Assembly (NCBI GenBank): GCA_044892525.1
Contig: CM097885.1
Span: 25,298,001 to 25,362,000 of the forward strand
Direction of reading: 5' to 3'
Length of the DNA stretch: 64,000 nucleotides
Source of the DNA: Schmidtea polychroa
Lineage: Eukaryota
Below, one piece after another: positions 1 to 10,300 of the stretch (position 1 is the first letter of the stretch; each line of letters opens with the position of its first letter). Position numbers and translations under genes: made by a program. The notes under the pieces are model-generated. The model searched no databases. It was not told where the DNA came from and worked only from the letters and a program-made list of their open reading frames with translations.

Positions 1-357
1 ATTATATACTGATTTTTCGTGTGTGCGGACCAATCAGAATTGAGTACCGCTTAGTTTTTCTAATTTAATTTACTTTTTTTGTTTTTTTGGTTATTTTTCT
101 TATTTTTCTTATATTTTTTTATTTGTTTCTTTAATTTCCTCATTATTTACTGAATTTTACGTCATTTTATTCGTTATTTTATTTTTCTTATCTTAATTTT
201 CTTATTTTTATTCTTTGTTTTAATTCTTATATCTTAATTTATTGTTTCTTTTGTATTTTGATTCCAGTTTATTTTTAAATTTGTTTGTTTTATTTTTATT
301 TTATTTAACGACTTGCTTATCCTAATTTCCTAGCTATGCTTTCGACTCAGCCCAACA
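1..357. mobile_element. Possible partial LTR (window edge)
   Basis: CCAATCAG box followed by a long T-rich tract, ending in ...CCCAACA at 357. Same layout as 14238-14839. The other end is outside the window, so no TSD can be tested. Confidence 0.25.
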
Positions 358-2562
358 GTAGTAACTATAACGACAATAGTGGTTTGTAGGATTTATATTT
401 TATAATTATATAGTTATACTGAAAATTTAGTAATGACTTCTAATTTATAGTGTTATAAGTTATGCCTCTCTTTCCATAACTGAACATCAGTAATATTTTG
501 CAATTCCTACAGAGTGTTTAATGTTCAATTCAATTTATAATTTCGTAACTGATACGGATTTATACTCTTTGGATTGATACTAACGAAAGTTTATATTTTA
601 AGGGTAATAGGAATTCGAAATTGAATTTCTCAAGTGTGGATCTATAATTTAGGAATAATATAATTTTAGGAATAATAGATTCATAGTTTACCTTTTAGAA
701 ACGATGTGAATTTGGGATTCATATTTTATAATACAGGTTTATGAGTTATCAGTTAAGAAATAATATAGTTTAGGTATGATATAAATTTATAGTTTGTATT
801 TTCAAGAGTATTACGAATTGGTAATCCATATTTTATAATGTAGGTTTATAAATTATAATTTAGCAGTAATATAAATTTTGGTGTCATGGTTTTGGTTTAC
901 ATTTTTAGGAGTACTGTAACTTTATAATTTGGACTTTCTTAAAAAAAAAATTCCGGAATTTTGAGAAAATATCTGTTTAAAAATTTAGTTGTCTGGGCTG
1001 TCGGTAACTTATACTTTTATCTCCCACCAAATACTCACATTCGCTGAAGCAAGAAACAAAAAAATGGATTATTTGTATATTTTCAGCGACAGTTATGACC
1101 CAAAAACGGAAATCGATTGGTTGATCTACATGTTATGATTACTAATAAAGAATATAGACTTTGTTATTTTACATTTAAATGTATTTTAGTAATTTAGTAA
1201 AATTCATGCTATTAAATTAATTTAAATTTGTTTTAATTAACGATCGAACATTAAAAAAATAACCTAGTGACTAAGTCTTAGTCGGATAATCTTGACTGAA
1301 GGCTTTAACCATTTTGGTTTTTCTATAATATATAAAATATCCAACAACTTGGCGGTTTTGGACCATCACATTGATTTATTTGATTTATTTATTATTGTTG
1401 TATCGTGCGTATACATATTGCAATAAGTAGTAAAAGCAATAACACTTATATTTTCAGATTAACTTTATTTACGAAATTTTTCACTAATTTTTAAATGTAA
1501 GTATTTAATTTTCAAATTTTTAATTATTATAAATTATTTTAACATTAATAATTTTAAATTAAAATTGAAAGTTTTTTTAATAAGTTATGCTTTCCCAAAC
1601 GGAAATCGATTGGTCAAAGCACGAAAGAATGTCAATTCAATACCATCACTAATCATAAAAAATGAATTTTTTATGATCCCTATTGGTGATATTTGAATAG
1701 CTTTACTTATTAATGAGGGCCATGGGAGCCAATATTTAAAATATTTTATGTCACAAACTTTCTCGGGAGCGTAGTCAATAATTTCCCAAAATTTCATGGC
1801 GATTGGATGAATGGTGTAGTAATGGATACAGGACATACATTAATTTATTTATATATTATGCAACATAAAAATAATAATAATTATCAAGATTGTTACATTT
1901 ACAATAAAAATCAAGATTAAAATTGTCAGAACGATACTGATCAATCAAATGCTTATAATTTCGATTGGTCTAACTGTATTAATTTTTATTGGATTTTTTT
2001 TGATTATTTAACATAATCAACTGGAAAAAAATTATTTGATCACTTGCAAAAGTAATAGGAATATACAAATGCCAGTGGATTTACTGTTAATAAATAATTT
2101 GCTTGGGGTGAAGCATAAAAGGTCTGATTGGCTAATGAAGGTGCATATCACTTTTTGAATGCCGCTGTTGATTATTTTGAAATGTAAGTATAGTAGAAAT
2201 TAAATGAAGTAAATAAAAATTTACCAAATATAATATATATGTCAAAGCAGAGGTTCCCAACATTTTGGCTTCATGCTCCACCTATTTAATTTTTTATGTC
2301 ACGCCTCTGATACAAATATTATTTATTTTTCTAACTCTCCTATATGTTAAAGGTCCTCAAAATGTGGGTTTCAAATCATATTTGGTGAGTATCAAGAAAG
2401 TTTTAAAAGTTGTTTGCACATTGGACATTCACATAAAGATTACTAATTCTGTATAAGACAATCGTTTTACTTATAATGGCTGAAAAATTTAGCAAAGGTT
2501 TAATCGATGATAAAATATCTAAATCCACTATGAATGAAAGAACTCATGATATATATATATAT

Positions 2563-5411
2563 TAGGGTGGAGTGAAAATGACCGAAAAAAAATTTTTTGA
2601 CTTAGTAGACTTTGGATAGTTATAAAAACTTGCTATGAGGTCCAATGAAGTACTCTGTAAAGAAAAACAATAATTTAAATAATGTCTTGAGGTTCCACAA
2701 CCAACTTTAAAATGTAACCATTGATAAGAAAACGATAATGTATTTGCTATTATTGACATATTATTGAAGTCATTGATGGCATTTAAATAATATTTTCATT
2801 ACTTTTAATAGCAAAATATTTGCCACCCATACACTATGGATTTTAAATGCCTCTGGTTTTCCTTTTTAGAGTTGCAATGGCTGTAACCAGAAAGAAAGTG
2901 TCTTGTGTCATCTTTGGTGGTCCATCCGAGATGCCCGACAATCAACTACCGACTTATGCAGATGTTATGAAATTCTACAACCTGACAAAGCAGAGACTGA
3001 AATGCGAATTGAACAATAAAGATCCTTCACATCGCAACGTGGCAGAAACAGTGTCAATGAAAGTAGAACAAATATGGGACAAAGCTTCCATACCACATGT
3101 AAGCCACCGCCGTGTTCATGAAATGTTGAACGTGTACCACAAGACGTTCATGAAATTGCTGAAGCCGTATAAATCTAGGAAGGACTCAGAACCATACAGA
3201 GAGAAAATATCGCAGTTTAAAGATGAATCGATTAAACTCTTTGACATTTGCTCCTGCAAGTGCTCTTGTATGTCTCAGTGTCACTGTGAGAAGTCAAGAA
3301 AGATACCCACAATTGAACGTGACTTTCTAGAAGATCAGCGGGGTTCACGCTGTATGATCATAGCTGGAGTTGATGAGTTTGAATCCAGTATATTACAAAA
3401 GCGGTATATCCGTAAAGAGTCGACACAGAGGCAGATGTGTACCAAACCTGCCATTGATGACATCGGTGATAAACAGTCGGATGTCTGTGACGAGATTTCT
3501 GGAATGGAAGAGGAAATGGATACCGGCGATGATGACTCTGATGACGATTGTATAAGCCAAATTAAACAACAGCGAAAATTGAATGACAAGCAGATGAGAG
3601 TTAAGCTACCGTCGTTGGCTTTAGCGTGTGATCGACATGGCGTATCCGACAGGGCGGCAGCAGGAATCGCCAGTGCTGTTCTTCAAGATGTTGGAATAAT
3701 CCACGAACATGATGTTTCTAAAGTGATTGACAGAAGTAAAGTGCGTCGAGAACGTTGTAATAAGCGTGGCGCATTATGTGCCGAAGTCAGTAACACAATC
3801 ACTGGGTTATATTTTGACGGCAGAAAAGACAATACAATGACCCAAATTAAAGAATGCGATGGTAAATTTCATCGGAAAATAATAACTGAAGAACATATAT
3901 CGATTATAGCCGAACCAGGAGCTACATATTTCGGTCACATTACACCAACTGCAGGGTCAAGCAAAGTTATCACGGCTGAGTTGATTGCATATTTGAATAA
4001 AAGAAATGTTGACACGAGTGACATAAAAGCAATAGGTTATGATGGGACAGCCACTAATACGGGCATTCGAGGCATCATTCGATTACTTGAAGTGACGTTA
4101 CACAGACCGCTACAGTGGTTCGTATGTCAGTTGCATGCAAACGAATTACCGTTAAGACATTTGTTTCAGTATCTCGATGGACCTACCAATGGTCCAAAAG
4201 GATTTTCTGGTCCCATTGGAAAGTCATTGTTGAATTGTGAGAAGCTTCCCATCGTTGACTACATGCCGATAAACTGTGTTCTACCGTCAAGTGCAAATTC
4301 CGACGATTTAAGTACAGATCATAAATACCTGTGCGATTTGTGTACTGCTGTAAGTGTTGGTATTTGTCCTGTCGACCATTCACTTCGCAATCCTGGTCTT
4401 ATCAACCATTCGAGATGGTTAACCACGGCTAATCGCATACTACGTCTGTATGTTGCCACAAGAAGCCCGTCGGATGAACTAAAGACGCTTGCTACCTTCA
4501 TCGTAACAGTTTATGCACCTGCATGGTTTGAAATAAAGAATACCCCTTCGTGTAAAGACGGCGCTCGACATGTCCACAGTACGATACTGAAATCACGCTA
4601 CCTCACAGACGAGCTGAAGAAAGTTGTTGACCCGGTAATTCAACGCAACGCATTCTTTAGTCATCTAGAAAATCTGTTGCTTGCGATGCTTACCGATGAA
4701 AGATCAGATATACGCGAGTTAGCTCTGCGACGCATACTGAAATCCAGAAAGCAGAAACGTACGACTTCAGTTAGATCTTTCTGCGTGCCAGTAATCAACT
4801 TTGAGGCTACTAGCTACATAGACATGATCGATTGGCAGAAAACTCCGATCACAGAGCCTCCAATCGTAGTGGACATTGACGAAGATACTTTGTTAACCAT
4901 GATCCGGGAAGAAGAAACGCCAAGACTGGATTTCGCCCGCTATCCTTGTCACACCCAGGCAGTAGAGAGACATATCAAGCTAGTGACAGAAGCATCCGAA
5001 ATGGTGTGTGGTCCAGAAAAACGTGACGGATTCATTAGAGCACGCTTGGAATCGAGATTGAAAATGCCAAAACTGGACACCAAAGCCCAACATCATTTGT
5101 AGTTATAAAAACATGTTAGACAGTTTGCATGTGGTTTCCCTTCACAGATATGGTTCTTATTACTTGTAATGTTATGTACAGACTGTTAAAAAGTTAAACC
5201 ATAACATAAATATGTTACTTATAAAAAAATGTTTTTTTTAAAGATTATTGCTTTTTTATCGAAATATGCCTATACTTTAGGTCAATTGTGGAACCTCAAG
5301 ATATGCTTTAAATTGTCTAATTGTTTGCCACATTACTAATTGCATGTGTTACCAAGTTTTTATAGCTATCCAAACAAGATATTAAGAAAAAAAAATTTTC
5401 ACTCCACCCTA
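2563..5411 (+). mobile_element. Full-length hAT-superfamily DNA transposon (probably hATm group)
   Basis: Termini TAGGGTGGAGTGAAAAT (from 2563) and ATTTTCACTCCACCCTA (to 5411) are perfect inverted repeats. 8-bp flanks ATATATAT at 2555-2562 and 5412-5419. Further inverted subterminal blocks. One long transposase ORF. Confidence 0.85.
2847..5102 (+). CDS. DDE transposase, hAT-like (hATm-type), 751 aa; true start may be ATG at 2877
   Basis: Uninterrupted ORF with motifs YFDGRKD, YDGTATNTG, CQLH (CxxH), HSRWLT and PCHTQAVER, plus a Cys-rich N-terminal segment (CSCKCSC..CHC). Lies between TIRs. An acceptor-like CCTTTTTAG precedes ATG 2877. Confidence 0.85.
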   Translation: MPLVFLFRVAMAVTRKKVSCVIFGGPSEMPDNQLPTYADVMKFYNLTKQRLKCELNNKDPSHRNVAETVSMKVEQIWDKASIPHVSHRRVHEMLNVYHKTFMKLLKPYKSRKDSEPYREKISQFKDESIKLFDICSCKCSCMSQCHCEKSRKIPTIERDFLEDQRGSRCMIIAGVDEFESSILQKRYIRKESTQRQMCTKPAIDDIGDKQSDVCDEISGMEEEMDTGDDDSDDDCISQIKQQRKLNDKQMRVKLPSLALACDRHGVSDRAAAGIASAVLQDVGIIHEHDVSKVIDRSKVRRERCNKRGALCAEVSNTITGLYFDGRKDNTMTQIKECDGKFHRKIITEEHISIIAEPGATYFGHITPTAGSSKVITAELIAYLNKRNVDTSDIKAIGYDGTATNTGIRGIIRLLEVTLHRPLQWFVCQLHANELPLRHLFQYLDGPTNGPKGFSGPIGKSLLNCEKLPIVDYMPINCVLPSSANSDDLSTDHKYLCDLCTAVSVGICPVDHSLRNPGLINHSRWLTTANRILRLYVATRSPSDELKTLATFIVTVYAPAWFEIKNTPSCKDGARHVHSTILKSRYLTDELKKVVDPVIQRNAFFSHLENLLLAMLTDERSDIRELALRRILKSRKQKRTTSVRSFCVPVINFEATSYIDMIDWQKTPITEPPIVVDIDEDTLLTMIREEETPRLDFARYPCHTQAVERHIKLVTEASEMVCGPEKRDGFIRARLESRLKMPKLDTKAQHHL

Positions 5412-6570
5412 ATATATATAAGTGTATGAGTGTATTTTATGTTTCATATAATAAAGATGTCCAAAGAATTTCAAAAAGACACAAAAAAGTAATTTTACTA
5501 TTTGTTGATTGTTAATACGAATAAAATGTTCCTAGATTGGACGGAATTTATAATAAGTTAAATTGTTTATATTTCTAGATTAACTGAAAACTATAAATTC
5601 ATTAGTCAAATAGGAGGTCCATGAAAATTCTATTACTAAAGTAGCACATTCGGAAAAAGCTGTGATGAAAATTTATGTTAAATATAAAACAAAATATTGA
5701 TCTATATTCTGAAAAGAAATGTAGATAAAAGAAATTGAAAATGAATACTAAGCCAAACCGTATATGTCAGAATAAAGAAAATTATTGTTTACGAAAACCG
5801 AAATTAAATTAATTAATTCAATAATATTATCGAATTGATCAATTGAAAATGGAAAAGTTTAAAAAAGTACTTATTAGATAATAATTCAATCTCAACATCA
5901 TATTGCATGGGCTTTGTTTGTCCGTTGATAGTTTATGATATTTTTTATGATATGAACACCTTTCTGCATCTGCAATACTAAATTCCAATGCTTGAAACCC
6001 ACCCGCGGTGAAAGAAACAACACTTGTAAGATATCACAGAAGCGTTAATTATTGATATTTTATAACAAACGGACAATATAACAAGTTTATACTGTATCGG
6101 TTTTATATTATTGTTTTATGAATTTTAATAATTTGTTTTGTCTATCAGTAGTAAAAAGCGAGATTAATGCAAAAAAAATAGTATTGTAATGAACTGATTT
6201 AACATATTCTGATCGAGAATCACCAATCGGTGACTGTTCTGATAACGATATTGATCTTTGATATTGTTCTCATCCAAAAATTAATAATGAATTGCAGAAC
6301 ATGCTTGCATTTGTAGACATTGTGATAGATATTGTAATGAGTAATTTTGGATTTCCTTAAAATTCGATATTTGAAATTCAAATGAATGAGGATAATTTGT
6401 CAGTTGGTGTTTAGAGTATTTAAAAAAAGTTAAACAAATCAGAAAACCTAAAAATATTAAGATAGCTAATTTATAGTAAATTATAAGTCGTATATTATAT
6501 ATTATTGTCAGTCTCTTTGTAGCTGGGTAGTTCCATAGTTATTACTTACCTACACCTTCGATATATTATA

Positions 6571-6753
6571 ACGATTTCTAGTACAAAACTTGCAAAGTTT
6601 TTAGAGCTTCCTATCTGGAATAAGGATGTTATCGAAACCCCAGGTGTTGGAGATGCGTTAGCAAAAAGATTTACCGAAAAAGGCTGCAATGCCAAACAAG
6701 CTAGCATTTGCTTTGACGCAATTGATGCCTGGGCTGATTTGATTCTATTATAA
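6571..6753 (+). pseudogene. BANF1: Barrier-to-autointegration factor (BAF)-like copy with ACG in place of ATG and an in-frame ~30-aa internal deletion
   Basis: Translates to TISSTKLAKFLELPIWNKDVIETPGVGDALAKRFTEKGCNAKQASICFDAIDAWADLILL*. This aligns by eye to the BAF N-part ([35 protein letters not shown]) and C-part ([22 protein letters not shown]). Not in the ORF track because it lacks a start codon. Confidence 0.75.
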
Positions 6754-7056
6754 ATTAATATAAATTAGGAATCTCACCAGGTTTATTTGATACTTGATTG
6801 TTTTGATAGTTCAAACGAATTTACGATGTTTAATGTTTTTGTTATTTTGATGTTAAAAAATAATTTTTTTGATGCGTTTTTATTAACTTGATTTATGTCT
6901 ACAAAATTGTCTCATTTTTATGCCCGATTCTGTAACATACAAAAAAATCGTGGCTCTACGAAGCACTACAAATAGGAGTCTGTGATACCATACATAAACC
7001 GATTATCAGATCAGATTATGTTTATGCACCTTTCTAATTGAATGTATTAGTGTTAA

Positions 7057-7289
<233 letters not shown>

Positions 7290-7396
7290 TTAACAAATAT
7301 GGCTAATTTAAGGTTAATTTTGAATAAAGTTCTTTGAATGGGCGTTCGGTAAAGGACATTTATTAGCATTGAAAGGTTTGTAAATATTCTTGTATT

Positions 7397-10300
7397 TTAA
7401 GAAGCTAAGGCTCTGGAAATCAAACTATGTTTTAAATCTTATCCAATGAAAATCAAATACGCTCATTATTAATTAATAAATGCTAACATGAATCCGGTTG
7501 AATAAATCCGTGTCTAAAATAAAAGTCCAAAGTAACTAAAGCTGAATCGTATTTGAAACATGAATTTCCTAATAAGGATCCAATCTGAAATGTAGATTAG
7601 GAATTCTTTGTAAAAATTTCTACACACCTCTTCAACTGACATCAATAGAAATTCCCCCACTTCTCCGTCATTATTTTCAGGAATAAAGTCATTGGGTAAA
7701 CATAAATCATAGCAATAAATTATTTCAGGTAAAATCCCACGATAGTCTTCAAACATTAAGCTGAAAACCAAAAAACAATATCAACTGGGATCAAAAATTT
7801 GATATTGAACCTTATGCACCCACAGGGTACGAGACTTTTCAATAGCTCATCATTAACGCCAGCTTCCTCTTGACACTCTTTAATTACGTTTTCATAAACA
7901 GAAAAGTTTGAATTACATCCACCTCCAACCTTTGTAGAATTATAATTAATGTTTTCAATTTAAAAAAATAACTTCGAATTTTTTTATTAATAATAAGTAC
8001 AAATCCATTTCGGTGTATATTTTAGGAAATGTTGAAAAATATTTGTTTAGTGGAATAATTTTTTAAGTGTTTTGTGAAGGTACTGTTTTTGATTGAACAT
8101 TTGAAATAGATGATTTCAACCTTTCTAATAAGCTACGTTCTGAGCGAATTGTCAAAAAATTGCAGAACTAGGCTAAGAAATTCTGTGGCATTAACTATAT
8201 TCCCCAACTTAGTATGCCTAACCAACGGGGATCGCGTCCAATTTAGTACGCATATGACGATACGGTATGGACACAAGTGGATCCAAGTGGAAATTCGGGT
8301 CCGTTTCGATAGAAAGTGTAATGTATTGTTATATTTTATTTTTTGTTGTTTGTCTTAGTTCAAATTGAGTTATAATTTTGCACGTTGCATTTGGAGAAGA
8401 CTTTTTTATTATAATTTTTTTTTAAATAAACTATGTAGCGATAATTTACCATATTAAATTATCGCTATAGAAAATTGAACAGAAATGAAAAAAAAGCAAT
8501 AAAAAAATTTAAAAACTATATGAAATTGAAATTATTCAAAGATATACTTGAAAAGAAAATATTATTATTAACTATCAAATATTCTTAAGAAGATCCATTG
8601 AAATTATTCAAAGATATACCTGAAAAGAACAATATCATTAATTATTATATATTAAAAAGAAGGCGATCAAAGATCCGTTTTAAACCTTCTAGAAAGAATA
8701 TTTAAATATTCGTATCCAAGGAAAGCTATTATATAATTAAAGAAATTTTCTTATTCAAAAAAAGGTTTATTAATTAATTTCATTTTAATAAAAGTTGAAG
8801 TTATTGTTTGTGTTCATTTATCTTTTGTAATATATTTGTTATCCGTCTGTATACGCGACATATTCTTAACATACACGCACGCCAACTGTCTCAAACAATT
8901 ATTTTTGCGGACTCTTTTGGCTTGTACAATTTTTCTCTACTCAATACCAACATATCATTTTTTACAGAATAAGTAATCTAACAGGAAGCATAGGAGAATG
9001 AACGAAGATTTTTAGTGAACCATGAGAGACAATCGATTGATAGGAGTGGAAAGAATTCATCCACGCAATGTTATATTAGCGACAACCATTACGATAGGAA
9101 AATTGATTGGAAAACTTCCTAGAAAATGAATGAACCGAAAGGACTGATGAAGGTTCATGACGATGCTATGCCAAGATGCCTGAAAGGAGGATTTCAGATC
9201 ATTATTTAAATGAACTCGTTAGAAGTAGGCACAGATTTTTTGATTGGATTGATTCTCGTAACGAGGTAGCAGCCAGGAATTCGAAGAGATTAGGCAGATA
9301 CCAGTGAATAGATGTGAACAACTTTAGGATAATTCCAATTTCTCCAAAATGATTTATAAATTCGAAATTTTTGCATTTTTATACGAATTTTGAAACGTTT
9401 GTGGTAGGACGAAACCGTTTGGGAGAATGTCTGGGAAGTGTTGATACTTGTATCGAAAGGAACAGATTGTTCTGCTAGATGGTTACGCCCTGTGTGAGAA
9501 TAGAAGTGAATTTACGGAAAACCACTAATGACAAGTTTTTATTGATGAAGATTTCTCCACGTCAGCAATGGATCTATCCTAAATTGAAATTTTCTGCAAA
9601 TATATTATTATATTCCAATGATCGTCGCATACTTATAGGAAACTTTCCAACTTTTCGTACCAAATGCGTCGTACAATGTCGAGTTTTCTTCATTCATACC
9701 CATGGCGAACGTAACGCTTCACGAATAATTATCTATACGTTATTATTTGATCTTATTAGTAAAACGCAATAGTAATAGAGAACCGCAAAATTTTTGGTCA
9801 AGTCTCACTCCCATTTACCTAACGAGAATTTAGACATAACTATCCCGAATTAAAATTGGACGAATGTATGAGAATAGTATGCGAGAACTTGCTGAAAGTG
9901 TGTGATTGTTGATTTGATATAATTACTTTGATAGGACTCTTATGACAGACTGATTGTTTAGTGATGTCAGAGCCCAATCTGCCACCAACCGGCCTGAGAC
10001 CGTGTTTCTCGTGTGCCGACAAAGATGCTAGCATACAAAATCTGAACGTCGGGGTTCTCAAACGGCATATCGACACTCTAGAGAGCACGTGGTTCACCCC
10101 ACTACTGATGAAGGACGCCAACAAGAAAATCTTAGGGCTTGAGCACTTTCGAGACAACTTGCTCGAAAGCCGAAGCCAGCGCCTCACAATCAAGGTTCAA
10201 TCCACTGTGGTAATAGTGGGGAAACAATTCAGAGACAGGTACCAGAGCAAATCGGACATTTTCAATTATAGTGCGGGGAGGCGGACTTACCCACTTGATA

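Noticed and set aside
1585..1836. 83-aa minus-strand ORF and an 18-bp repeat AAACGGAAATCGATTGGT (~1103 and ~1597)
   Set aside because: No recognisable family. A nearby exon-like segment (1458-1496) has stops in all frames, so no gene model could be built.
2248..2270. Single transposon-like termini (CAGAGGTTCCCAAC here; GGGTTAA ~15317; TAGGGTTGCCA ~15778)
   Set aside because: No matching partner TIR or TSD found, so element boundaries cannot be supported.
3335..4501. Short ORFs overlapping the 751-aa transposase
   Set aside because: Shadow frames of a GC-rich coding region with no recognisable motifs.
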